Translations under genes and position numbers: made by a program | Shown here: piece after piece, positions 15,280 through 24,286 of the stretch | How the letters are laid out: every line of letters begins with the position of its first letter | How positions within the stretch are numbered: position 1 is the first letter of the stretch | Notes under the pieces: generated by a model | Databases searched by the model: none | Seen by the model: only the letters and a program-made list of their open reading frames with translations | Told to the model about the DNA's origin: nothing | From: Ktedonobacterales bacterium | GTDB taxonomy: Bacteria > Chloroflexota > Ktedonobacteria > Ktedonobacterales > JADMIN01 | DNA length: 32,000 nt | NCBI GenBank assembly: GCA_030167145.1 | Contig: CP126532.1 | Coordinates: 4,860,001-4,892,000, forward strand | Direction of reading: 5' to 3'

Positions 15280-16536
15280 TTAGTCCGCGATCTCGGTTGA
15301 ATCAGACGCCACGGGTGCGGGCGTCTCCTCCACCGCTGCCGCCTCCTCCTCGGCCTCTGCGGCTGGTTCGGCTACCAGAGCAGTATTCTCATCTGGTGTC
15401 TCCGCTGCGACCTCCTCCAGGGTGATCGCGCCGTCCTCGTCCGCCGCCTCCATTGCCACTATTCCATCCGCTGATTCGTCCACCATATCAGGGGCCTCTA
15501 CCGCTGCATCCGCTGGCGCTGCTTCATCCACAACTTCCCCCAAAAGTTCATCTACGGCAGTCGGCTCCGCCATCGCCACCATAGATGCGCTCTCGTCCGC
15601 TTCGCCACCCTCCGCTGCTTCCGCCATCATCGGCTCCTCCGAATCGGCCGCCGTCTCCTCGGATGCAGCCTCCTCTGCCACTGGCTCAGCGATCACATCG
15701 GCGTTGACTTCTTCCTCAGCAGCTTCCTCTGCCACTGGATCGGCACTCGCTTCCTCAGATGGCTCTACTGCAACCGGCTCAGCCGCCATCTCCTCCGCCA
15801 TGGCCACCGAAGCCTCTTCCTCCACCGGCATCATCTCGGCTGCTGGAGCCTCTTCCTCCATCGCTGCCGCCTCCATAGGTGTCTCCTCCGCGCTGGCTTC
15901 TTCGTCCACGGGAGCTTCTTCCACCTCAGCGGCGGCCTCCATAGCGATCGGCTCCTCTTCAGTCTCCTCTGCCATTGCCACCGATGCTTCTTCCGCCACT
16001 GGTACGGCTTCTTCCGCTGCTGGCTCGTCCGCGGCCTCTACGACAGTCTCAACACCTCCATCCTCCGCCGCGACAGCCTCCGCCACGACTGTCTCAGCCT
16101 CGGCAGACGCCGCAGGCGCCTCCTCAGCTTCCACATTCGTCGCTGCCTCAGCAACTGGCGCTTCCGCCGTCGCCTGTGGTGCGGACCCGCCAGAGCGGAA
16201 CGACGAGATCATCGTCTCGACGCGCGAAGTGAACTCGCTGACCAGATTTTGGAATGCCGCAAGGAAACCCTCATGTGCTGGGGCCTCAGCTACTGGCGCT
16301 GCTTCAACTTTGGCCTCCCCGACTGGCTCATCGGCCTCAGGTGTGGCAGATGTTGCCTCCCCTGGTGCAGCGTCGGTGGTAGTGGAGCCACTGTCGTCGC
16401 TGGCCATTTCTGGCTCAGCGCTATCAAGCGCCTCGGCAGCCTCTACCTGTGCGGCCTCGGCGGAATCAGAGGACATATGTTCAGATGCGCTCTCCATCAT
16501 GCCCGATGCTACGGTATCTTGGTCTTCGCTTTGCAT
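15280..16536 (-). CDS. Hyperacidic Ala/Glu/Val/Pro-rich, probably intrinsically disordered protein (418 aa)
   Basis: By my count it has only 1 Lys and 2 Arg in 418 aa, against well over 100 Glu plus Asp. Internal repeats such as EEASVAMAEE occur twice. There is one non-repetitive amphipathic segment (HEGFLAAFQNLVSEFTSRVETMISSFRSGG). Codon position 1 is strongly G-biased in this frame, and the gene has its own terminator. Both points favour this strand over the antisense Ser/Ala ORF. Confidence 0.65.
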   Translation of the reverse strand: MQSEDQDTVASGMMESASEHMSSDSAEAAQVEAAEALDSAEPEMASDDSGSTTTDAAPGEATSATPEADEPVGEAKVEAAPVAEAPAHEGFLAAFQNLVSEFTSRVETMISSFRSGGSAPQATAEAPVAEAATNVEAEEAPAASAEAETVVAEAVAAEDGGVETVVEAADEPAAEEAVPVAEEASVAMAEETEEEPIAMEAAAEVEEAPVDEEASAEETPMEAAAMEEEAPAAEMMPVEEEASVAMAEEMAAEPVAVEPSEEASADPVAEEAAEEEVNADVIAEPVAEEAASEETAADSEEPMMAEAAEGGEADESASMVAMAEPTAVDELLGEVVDEAAPADAAVEAPDMVDESADGIVAMEAADEDGAITLEEVAAETPDENTALVAEPAAEAEEEAAAVEETPAPVASDSTEIAD

Positions 16537-17556
16537 GGTGCCCCCTTAGCGCGATCAACGCGCAAGCTTACACATCCTGTAATTGCTTTTCGGCATCTGG
16601 ATGCCGTGCGGAAGGGAACGAAGCAACAACAACTCTGCGAGGAATCAGGATATACGAGCCACTACGTCGCCGAAACGCTTGGCGCGACAGCATGTTCAAT
16701 AGCGAATTCATGCGTGCCCATTCAGACTGCGATTACAGCGACCACCCGATCCCGCAAAATCACGGAGTGCTGCCAGGGGGCACGCTCCAACTTGAGGCAG
16801 CTCCTATATACTGAAGCGACGCCGGTGTCGCCCCAAGCTGAGAAAGGAAGCCGTGTCAGAGCCGTGGGCCGCACTAACATGACCAAAATACGGATGGCTA
16901 GCTGGATCGCATACCTGTGTCCCCAGCCTGACGCCCATGAAGCCTATCGTCCAGAGCGGTTACAGCCAAACACAGGCATTGATTGGATTCAATGCATCTC
17001 TTGGCGCGTCAGCGGCTTGTATCCGGTGGACATGAGGAAATAACGACTACCAGCGGCAACAGGAAACGAGGAGAGAACCGGGCCGTTCACGACCATCAGC
17101 AGTCGCACCACATGCCCGCCACTCCACACGCCCAACCACATCCGCTGGATCCAGTACCGGAAACATTCGCTTGCCGCCCTAAGCGGCCAGAGCACCATAG
17201 GAATGTGAGAATCTCAGCTACAAGTAAGACAAACCGTCGAGCGTCCGCAGTGGCTAGAGAGTTTGGGCCTCCGGCGATCCTCAGTCCGCGCTCTCGAACT
17301 CAAGTATAAATTGCTCTTGGGCAACAGTCAATAGCAAACCTTGCAGGTCAGAAAACTTGCTCCACACACTTGCTCACTCATCTACGTTTTCGACAGTTAC
17401 CAGTAGCATCAGCAGGTCGCTCATTGTCTTCTGAGACTCAACTGCGAGCCGTCTGTAACATCCCAACGCCTGTAGCATCGCGGCGTATACTGTAGCTATC
17501 GCGCGTCGCATTATGACGTTGCCGCCGAATCTACGTTGAAATGGGAGTATAGGCGC

Positions 17557-19017
17557 ATGGCAAACGGGACCACATACGAGCCGCATCCAGCTGGGCCAGC
17601 CACCATTGCCGAGGCCGCCGCGATGCTACGCAACCGCGAAATCTCTGCTGTCGAACTGACCGCACACTGCCTGCACCAGATCGAGCGCCTCGATTCTACA
17701 CTTGAAGCCTGCATTACCGTGCTGGCTGATTCCGCGCTGGAGCGGGCTTCTGCCGCCGACGCCGCGCTTGCCACTGGTCGCGACCACCGTCCACTGTTGG
17801 GCATCCCACTTGGCATCAAAGACCTCTTCCAGACACGCGGCATCCGCACCACCGCAGGGTCGCGCGTCCTGGCAGTTTGGCTTCCCGATACCGACGCCAC
17901 CGTCGTCGCCAAACTGGCCGAAGCCGGGGCTATCACCGTCTGCAAAACCAATACGCACGAGTTCGCCTTCGGCACGCTCACCCCGCCCACCCGCAATCCC
18001 TGGGATACCACGCGCGTCCCTGGCGGCAGCAGCGGCGGCTCGGCTGTGGCCGTCGCAACTGGCGAGTGCCTCGGCGCGCTCGGCAGCGACACTGGCGGCT
18101 CGATCCGCATCCCTTCTGGTTGGTGCGGTGTCACTGGCCTCAAACCCACCTTCGGCTTGGTTAGCAAGGCTGGCGTAGTTCCTCTGAGCTGGTCGCTGGA
18201 CCATGCTGGCCCTATCGCGCGGACTGTCGAAGACTGCGCGCTGCTGCTCGATGCCATCGCTGGATACGACGCCGCCGACCCCGATAGCGTAAACATGGCC
18301 CTTCCCAGCTACGCCACCGCACTCGCCGCCGCCCGTTCGCCAGAGGATGCCGTGCGCGGCATACGTATCGGCGTCCCCACCAACTATTTCTTCGACCTGC
18401 TCGATCCCGAAGTAGAAGCCGCCGTCCGCGCCGCCATCGCCCAATTCGCTGCGCTCGGCGCGCATGTCGAAGATGTGGCGCTGCCCGCCGCACTAGACGA
18501 CCTGTTTCCCGTTTACCGCGCGATTCAGAAGCCCGAAGCTTTTACTTATCACAACGATCAGGGCTGGCTCGATCAGCGCGCCGATCTCTACGCGCCCGAA
18601 GTCTATGCCAACATCCGCTCTGGTGGCGACTATTCAGCGCCCGACTACATCCGCGCCCAGCAAACACGCCGCCGCTTCACCGACGACATGCGCGCCGTGT
18701 TCCAGCGTGTTGACGTGCTTGCCATGCCCACGCTCGCCATCCCCGCGCCGCGTATCGAAGACTACGCCCGCCCGCTAACAGCTAACGGCCAGGAGCTAAC
18801 GGGCGGTGGATCACTGCGCTGCACCTTCCCCTTCGACCTCACTGGCCAGCCCGCCCTGGCGCTGCCCTGTGGCTTCACTGTGGGCGGCCTCCCCATCTCC
18901 CTGCAGCTCGTCGCGGCGCATTTCGACGAGCCAGCCCTGCTTAGCCTCGGCCACGCCTACCAGCGCGTCACCGACTGGCACAGTCGCATCCCACCCATCG
19001 CCACCGCGCAACTGTAG
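17557..19017 (+). CDS. Amidase-signature family enzyme (GatA-like amidase)
   Basis: AS motif GGSSGGSAVAVATG, an upstream GIKD Lys, and GGSIRIPS. GGGAG lies 8 nt upstream of ATG17557. Confidence 0.85.
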   Translation: MANGTTYEPHPAGPATIAEAAAMLRNREISAVELTAHCLHQIERLDSTLEACITVLADSALERASAADAALATGRDHRPLLGIPLGIKDLFQTRGIRTTAGSRVLAVWLPDTDATVVAKLAEAGAITVCKTNTHEFAFGTLTPPTRNPWDTTRVPGGSSGGSAVAVATGECLGALGSDTGGSIRIPSGWCGVTGLKPTFGLVSKAGVVPLSWSLDHAGPIARTVEDCALLLDAIAGYDAADPDSVNMALPSYATALAAARSPEDAVRGIRIGVPTNYFFDLLDPEVEAAVRAAIAQFAALGAHVEDVALPAALDDLFPVYRAIQKPEAFTYHNDQGWLDQRADLYAPEVYANIRSGGDYSAPDYIRAQQTRRRFTDDMRAVFQRVDVLAMPTLAIPAPRIEDYARPLTANGQELTGGGSLRCTFPFDLTGQPALALPCGFTVGGLPISLQLVAAHFDEPALLSLGHAYQRVTDWHSRIPPIATAQL

Positions 19018-19069
19018 CGGCGTCCGGCGGACGCCCGCTCCCTCTCTTCGCATTGAGCACTGCTCGCGG

Positions 19070-20143
19070 CTACTTCGCTAGCAACTCTCGCAGCCGGTCA
19101 TGCGGCAGCGCATGCACTACCCGCCCGTCGCGCCCCGTCATCGTCTCTGCCGCCAGCAGCGAGTTGATCACCGCCTCTTCGCTCGCATCCACTACTGCCT
19201 CGAACAACTGGTTCAGCATCAGATTGCCGTAGCTCCCCTCTGGCAGCAGCGTTACCTGCATCCTCCCGCCCGGCACGCGATAGGGGATACGCTGCGCCGT
19301 CGAGAACGCCAGGAAGATTTCACCGCTGCCGTCGCTGGCCGCCGAGCCAGTCCGCGCCAGCCCCAGCCCCATGCGCTGCGCCATCCGCCGCAAGGTGTGC
19401 GCGTGCAGCGGCGCATCGGTCGCCACGACGCCGATACACGATCCATCGTGCGTGGGGTCTTCTGGCTTCAGATCGGCAATCTCTTGCCCCACCGGCACGC
19501 CCGCGATGGTCAGACGTCCGCGCCGCCCGAAGTTCGTCTGCACCAGCACGCCGACCGTGAATCTGCCTGCGTCCGTCTCCACCACCCGTGACGCGCTGCC
19601 CACCCCACCCTTGAAGCTGTAACAGATCATCCCCGTTCCGCCGCCTACACACCCCTCCCGCACCGGATCGCTTGTCGCGCCATCCAGCGCTGCCCACACA
19701 TCCTGCTCCGTCAGCGCGAACGTCAGGTGATCGTGCAGAAAGCCATCATCGCACTCCGCCACCAGCGCAATCGGAATCTCCTCGCGCGCCTGCTCCGGGT
19801 AGCGCTGTGCCAGATAGCGCATGCTCGCGTGCAGCGCCATCCCCACATTCGACGTGCCCGTCACCAGCACTGGCGAGCAGAGCAGCCCCCACTCGTCAAT
19901 CACCGAACGGCTCGTCATCTCGCCGTAGCCATTCAAGCAATGGATGCCCGCGTAGACCCGCTCCGACATCGGATTCCCGTCGTGCGGCCAGATCGCCGTC
20001 ACCCCCGTCCGCACATTCGCATCGCGGATCAGCGTCGTGTGTCCCACGCGCACCCCCGGCACATCTGTGAGCGTATTCGATTGCCCCGGCGGCAGCGTGC
20101 CTATCGTCACCCCAAAATCCCGCAGGCGCTGATTGCTAGGCAT
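19070..20143 (-). CDS. P1 family peptidase (S58, DmpA/BapA-like aminopeptidase)
   Basis: Motifs LTDVPGVRVGHTT, GGGTGMICYSFKGGVGSASR and IGVVATDAPL...LARTGS. AAGGAGAG RBS upstream of ATG20143. Confidence 0.8.
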   Translation of the reverse strand: MPSNQRLRDFGVTIGTLPPGQSNTLTDVPGVRVGHTTLIRDANVRTGVTAIWPHDGNPMSERVYAGIHCLNGYGEMTSRSVIDEWGLLCSPVLVTGTSNVGMALHASMRYLAQRYPEQAREEIPIALVAECDDGFLHDHLTFALTEQDVWAALDGATSDPVREGCVGGGTGMICYSFKGGVGSASRVVETDAGRFTVGVLVQTNFGRRGRLTIAGVPVGQEIADLKPEDPTHDGSCIGVVATDAPLHAHTLRRMAQRMGLGLARTGSAASDGSGEIFLAFSTAQRIPYRVPGGRMQVTLLPEGSYGNLMLNQLFEAVVDASEEAVINSLLAAETMTGRDGRVVHALPHDRLRELLAK

Positions 20144-20184
20144 CTGTTCGCTCTCCTTACCCAATGATGAGGCAGTTGCCCACC

Positions 20185-20478
20185 TTACGGATTCTTGAGA
20201 ATGTCATGTGTGCCGACGCGACGCCACCGAATATGCGGTTCGCCAGCGTGGACAGGTGCGCCATAGGTGAACGTCGCACGCCCGTCAGGCGCCCACGTCA
20301 TCTCAAATACACCAGGATGGCCTTGTACCGCCTTGATGCGTAAGCCAGCGCGAAACCCTGTCTTAGCAACCAGATCAATATTAAGTTTCTTGACAGCCTT
20401 CCGAAATTCTTTGCGTTGTTTAGGTGTTAGAAGCGCCCAGTCATGCCAAAAGCTCGGCTCCTCATCGTGTGTCGGCAT
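20185..20478 (-). CDS. RelE/ParE-superfamily-like toxin
   Basis: N-terminal helical part FWHDWALLTPKQRKEFRKAVKKL, then a beta-core VQGHPGVFEMTWAPDGRATFTYG...IRWRRVGTHDI. GAGGA RBS. ATG20478 overlaps the upstream antitoxin stop by 17 nt. Confidence 0.6.
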   Translation of the reverse strand: MPTHDEEPSFWHDWALLTPKQRKEFRKAVKKLNIDLVAKTGFRAGLRIKAVQGHPGVFEMTWAPDGRATFTYGAPVHAGEPHIRWRRVGTHDILKNP

Positions 20479-20707
20479 CAGTAGCTTCCTCGGCTTCGAG
20501 CTCTGCATCCGCTTCAGCGATCTCTTCGTCGGTCATGCCAAGGTGCCGAAACCATTCATCCAACTCATAATAGTGGTATTCAGTCTGTGAGCCAGTGGCC
20601 GCGAGAATGAACCCTTCGACCATAGCCTCTGGAGACTGCCCAGATTCCGCCGCAAGCTTTTCTAGTCGAGCAAAGACCTCGTCGCCAACTTCAATGACAT
20701 GGCTCAT
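20462..20707 (-). CDS. Putative antitoxin (small acidic protein)
   Basis: 81 aa with N-terminal IEVGDEVFARLEKLAAESGQSPEAMVEGFI and an acidic C-terminal tail. GGAGG lies 6-7 nt upstream of ATG20707. Its stop is overlapped by the start of the toxin-like ORF. Confidence 0.55.
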   Translation of the reverse strand: MSHVIEVGDEVFARLEKLAAESGQSPEAMVEGFILAATGSQTEYHYYELDEWFRHLGMTDEEIAEADAELEAEEATDADTR

Positions 20708-20758
20708 GCTTTAGCCTCCACCAGAGATCAGCCGTGTACGCATGCAAACTACTGCTAC

Positions 20759-20767
20759 ATTTTAGCA
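20759..20767 (-). promoter_or_regulatory. Extended -10 promoter element (TGcTAAAAT) for the TA pair
   Basis: On the minus strand, TGCTAAAAT lies about 50 nt upstream of ATG20707. An imperfect inverted repeat (ATGCTAAA ... TTTGCAT) overlaps it. Confidence 0.4.
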
Positions 20768-20793
20768 TGTCCTGACGGCCAGATTTCTCAAAG

Positions 20794-23700
20794 TTATTCC
20801 TCCTCCTCGTCCCCGCCGCCCCCGCCGAGCAGTGCATCAATCTCGTCCAGGCAGCCCTCTCGGTCCTCCAGCCAGCGCCGGTACGACAGCCGATGAACGC
20901 GCCAGCCCGCGCGCTCCAGAATCGCCTGCCCGCCGATGCTATCCAGCGCCACCGGATCATGCGGATTCGGCGGGCGCTCCGGGTCGCCGTCGCAGGCAAT
21001 CGCCAGCGCGTGTGCCCCCCGTTGCGCCACCACATCCACCGCGAAGCCCGCCACCGGATACCCCAGGTATACCGTGTAGCCGCTCCGTGTCCCCAGCGCC
21101 TTTGCCACCTCTTCCTCGAAGCGTGTCGGTCGTGCCCCGAAATCCTCTGGCCGGTCGTTCTCCAGCAGATCGCCCGCGTAGCTGAGATACTCGCCTAGCA
21201 GATGCCCCGGCGGCAGATGCCGCGCATCCAGCGCCGTAAAGATCACCTGCCGCCGCCGCGCCCGCGTAATCGCCACATTGAACAGATTCTCGTTGTTCAT
21301 GAACGTCACCGTGCTGCGATGCGAGCCAGGATCCGCGCAGAAGCTCAACAGCATCACGTCGCGCTCATCCCCCTGGAACGTATGCGCCGTGCCCACCGTG
21401 ATGTCGTGGTCCTGCAACACCCGCGATTTCAGCTTCGCCGCCAGCGTCCGTGAGAGATAGTTTACCTGATCGCGGTAAGGCGAGAGCACCCCGATGGACG
21501 TTTTCTCGTTCACCGTCCGCTTTGCCTCCGCCCGCGCGATCTTGTTGATCTCGGTGATGATCGCCTCGGTCTCTGCTGTGTTATAGCCCGCCTTCTCGCG
21601 TTTGCCGTGAACCTTGCGCATCTCCACGCTCCGCACGCCAATCGTATCGGGCCGCCGCGTCATTACGCGCAGCGCCTCGCCGTAGAAGCGGCGATTGCTG
21701 AATTCGATGATCTGTGGCAGACTGCGATAATGCTCATCCAGCAATACCACATCGTCCTGCGACGGCAGTGCGCCATTCACCACATCCAGCAGGCTGTGCG
21801 TGCGATAGTTCCACTGGGAACGCTGGCTCGCCGACAACCCATGCTGCGACGCCAGCGCCGCCTGTCGGTCCTCGCGCAAGAACGAGAGATGCCTCAACTG
21901 CTTCGGGTCGCCACAGACGATAGCCCGCTTCGCGCGGTAGAGCAGCGGCAGCGCGCTCGCCACATCGCACTGCGACGCCTCATCCACGATCACCAGATCA
22001 AACATCTCCGCGTCCAGTGGCAGTAGTTCCGAGGCATGCGGATTCGTCACTGCCCAAATGGGAAACGTGTTCAGCAGCGCCGCAAAATCGAGTTCGGCGA
22101 AGATCTTATCCTGTTCGGCGCTGCTACGCGCCTCCAGCGCCGTCTTGAACAGCGCCAGCGTTCTCCGGTTCAGCCGCAACGCCTCCGCCAGCGCATCGCG
22201 CCGCCGCGTCGCCAGCAGTTCGCCCACCAGCGCCCCCCGGTCAGCCCGCAGCCGCGCATGCCGCGTCAGCAGCATATTCACGTCTTCAGACTGGAAGAGA
22301 TCGTGCTCGATGCGCGCCACCTCTGTCCGCGCCCGCTCGTGCTGCAACACGCTCTCCAGCCGTCCCAGATCCTCCTCGGTCATCCCTAACTTACCAGCAA
22401 TCTCTGCCACCATCTGCTCGCGTTTGCGGCCACTCAGCCAGCCGGTAAGCGGCGCGCGATTCGTTGCGAGCCGCCGCAATTCCTCTGCCATCCGCGTGAT
22501 TTCACCTGGACCAAGCTGGCGCGCCTTCTGCACGTCGTAGAGCGGCGTCTTTGTCGTCGCCAACTCCCGATAGGCCCGCGACCAGCGCGCCTCCGTTTCC
22601 AACAGGTTCGCGATCTCCGCGCCGATCCGCGCCAGTTCCGCATCGGCGTCTTCCAGTCGCTCCTCCAGCATCTCAATCTCGCCGGGGCGCGGCTTCTGCG
22701 GCGCGCCGGTGCCGTCGAAGAGATTATCCAAAAACTGCTTCAGTTCATCGCGATAGCGTTTATCGCCGCCGCGCAAAATAATCGTCAGGCTGCCCAGGTG
22801 CGGCTTCAGCTTCTCCACCACCACATCCACAGCCTTGTTCATCTTCGACGAAAGTAGCACCGTCTGCCCGCGCGCCACTGCATCCAGAATGATCTGCGCG
22901 ATGGTGAACGACTTGCCCGTCCCTGGTGGCCCGATCACCAGTGTCAGCGGTCGCCGCTCCGCCTGCCGCAGCACCCGTGTCTGCGCCGCACTCAGTTCCG
23001 CCCCGCAGAGTATCGGCCTGTGGCTTATCACTTCATGTGCCGCCGCATTGCGCTTCTGCTGATCGGGCAGCGCCGCATCGCCGAAAATCGCCGCGAGCGG
23101 TGTAGACATATCGCCCCGGTCCGCCATCTCCTGTAACTCTGTGAGCACCCCGCGTGCCTCGCTCGGCCTGCGAATCAGCGCCATCGCCGACGCACACAGC
23201 AATTGCACCGGGCTATCGTGCTCCATCAGATCGCGCAGCGCATCCTCGCTCTGTAGCTCCGGGAACGCATGCAAATCGTCGGTACGCAGGTCTGGGATCA
23301 GTTCCGCCACCACGCTCGCGAACTCACGAATGCCCGCCTCATCAAAGGGCGCCGCTGGCACCTGCGCCAGTATCGCCTCGGCGTATGCCTGCGCCTGTTC
23401 GTCGTTCTCCGCGTCAATCAGCGACGCTAGCAGCGGAAAGTTGATGCGCTGCTCCTCGATATCCAGCGTCATCCACGCCTGCGATCCTTCGTGTTCGATG
23501 CGCGCTGGCCAGTAGAGCAGCGGCGCGCAATAGACCTCGCCCTTGCGTTTCGCGCTTGCCGCTGGCCCCCGCCCCACCAGGAAGATCGAGCCATACATCA
23601 GGAATTTTTCACGCCGGTTCACGTCTGCTGCGTTCTGCGCCGTCACCGCCGTGCTCAGCGGCATCTCAAGCTGCGTCGCCTGCCCCGTCAGTATCAATTC

Positions 23701-23967
23701 CGTCGTATCAGAGAAGGTGAGATATTCCGCCTGGTTTTTATCGAGCACGTTCGTCAGGATGCCGCCGCGCGAATCTGCTGAGAAGCAGTCATGATAATAG
23801 CGGCATACCCCCGCGAAGAACGGCGAGGGCAGTCCGCGCGCCACCTTGCCCACCGTCTGCGCCTCGGGCCAGCTCCCCACGGGCGTCAGCCCGGAGCGTT
23901 CCGGCGCCTCCACGATGGTCACTTCTGGTAGATTGTCGCCGCCGCGCCCGCGTCGGAAAATAGCCAT
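20794..23967 (-). CDS. SF1B Upf1/DNA2-like helicase (AAA_11/AAA_12 type) with a DUF4011-like N-terminal region and a C-terminal DUF559/Vsr-like (PD-(D/E)xK) fold
   Basis: Motif I LVIGPPGTGKS (about nt 22932-22909); II LVIVDEASQ; III VCGDPKQL; YRS; V TAHTFQGDERDVMLLS; VI FNVAITRARRR. A coiled-coil insert of about 250 aa lies between motifs I and II. The N-terminal segment YCAPLLYWPARIEH...INFPLLASLI is DUF4011-like. The C-terminal segment is GFAVDVV...LAIACDGDPE...GWRVHRLSYRRW. GGAG lies 6 nt upstream of ATG23967. Confidence 0.85.
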   Translation of the reverse strand: MAIFRRGRGGDNLPEVTIVEAPERSGLTPVGSWPEAQTVGKVARGLPSPFFAGVCRYYHDCFSADSRGGILTNVLDKNQAEYLTFSDTTELILTGQATQLEMPLSTAVTAQNAADVNRREKFLMYGSIFLVGRGPAASAKRKGEVYCAPLLYWPARIEHEGSQAWMTLDIEEQRINFPLLASLIDAENDEQAQAYAEAILAQVPAAPFDEAGIREFASVVAELIPDLRTDDLHAFPELQSEDALRDLMEHDSPVQLLCASAMALIRRPSEARGVLTELQEMADRGDMSTPLAAIFGDAALPDQQKRNAAAHEVISHRPILCGAELSAAQTRVLRQAERRPLTLVIGPPGTGKSFTIAQIILDAVARGQTVLLSSKMNKAVDVVVEKLKPHLGSLTIILRGGDKRYRDELKQFLDNLFDGTGAPQKPRPGEIEMLEERLEDADAELARIGAEIANLLETEARWSRAYRELATTKTPLYDVQKARQLGPGEITRMAEELRRLATNRAPLTGWLSGRKREQMVAEIAGKLGMTEEDLGRLESVLQHERARTEVARIEHDLFQSEDVNMLLTRHARLRADRGALVGELLATRRRDALAEALRLNRRTLALFKTALEARSSAEQDKIFAELDFAALLNTFPIWAVTNPHASELLPLDAEMFDLVIVDEASQCDVASALPLLYRAKRAIVCGDPKQLRHLSFLREDRQAALASQHGLSASQRSQWNYRTHSLLDVVNGALPSQDDVVLLDEHYRSLPQIIEFSNRRFYGEALRVMTRRPDTIGVRSVEMRKVHGKREKAGYNTAETEAIITEINKIARAEAKRTVNEKTSIGVLSPYRDQVNYLSRTLAAKLKSRVLQDHDITVGTAHTFQGDERDVMLLSFCADPGSHRSTVTFMNNENLFNVAITRARRRQVIFTALDARHLPPGHLLGEYLSYAGDLLENDRPEDFGARPTRFEEEVAKALGTRSGYTVYLGYPVAGFAVDVVAQRGAHALAIACDGDPERPPNPHDPVALDSIGGQAILERAGWRVHRLSYRRWLEDREGCLDEIDALLGGGGGDEEEE

Positions 23968-24035
23968 GCGTGTCTCCCCTGCCGGACTGTGAACGCGGGC
24001 ATCTCCCTGCCTTCTGCCCACCAACCGGCGCGGGG

Positions 24036-24064
24036 AGTATATGGCGGCGTTCCTGCAACGTCAA
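24036..24064 (-). promoter_or_regulatory. Sigma70-like promoter of the helicase gene
   Basis: On the minus strand: TTGACG (24064-24059) - 17 nt - TATACT (24041-24036), about 65 nt upstream of ATG23967. Confidence 0.65.
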
Positions 24065-24172
24065 GCTGGCTCCCCAGGATGGGGGAGAACTCCTGGCCCT
24101 TCCATGCTACTGCTCGCCACCGACGCGCCTGCGTCGCCCTTATAGTCTCCGTACATTCCGGTTCCCGCAGCG

Positions 24173-24181
24173 TGCTATAAT
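24173..24181 (+). promoter_or_regulatory. Extended -10 element TGcTATAAT, candidate promoter of a long hppD leader
   Basis: A perfect TATAAT (24176-24181) preceded by TGc. There is no good -35. It lies about 390 nt upstream of the hppD start. Confidence 0.4.
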
Positions 24182-24286
24182 GCGGGCACGCGCGGCCGCC
24201 TCCACACGGTGTGTTTCACTACGTACCTGGCGGCAGCGCCGACCGAAAGCGATCCAGCCCGAACGGCAAACAAAGGAGTTTGCGGG

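Noticed and set aside
15422-16549. 375-aa Ser/Ala-rich + strand ORF antisense to the hyperacidic gene
   Set aside because: Both strands are open because of the GCN/GAG repeat composition. I chose the minus strand because of its G-rich first codon position, an RBS-like AAGGGGG, a unique non-repetitive segment, and a downstream intrinsic terminator correctly oriented for the minus strand. This is not fully excluded without expression data.
16249-17043. 264-aa + strand ORF overlapping the 5' end of the acidic gene and the non-coding gap
   Set aside because: It has no RBS, a Cys/Trp/Arg-rich improbable composition and no recognisable domain. It also overlaps a better-supported gene on the other strand.
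17374-17586. Small minus-strand ORF (about 45-70 aa) just upstream of the amidase gene
   Set aside because: It has no Shine-Dalgarno, overlaps the amidase start region and has no family resemblance, so it is kept only as part of the non-coding-gap observation.
19018-19069. Terminator between the convergent amidase and P1 peptidase genes
   Set aside because: Only a 7-bp stem with a 3-nt loop (GGCGTCC-ggc-GGACGCC) and no U-tract on either strand. This is too weak to annotate.
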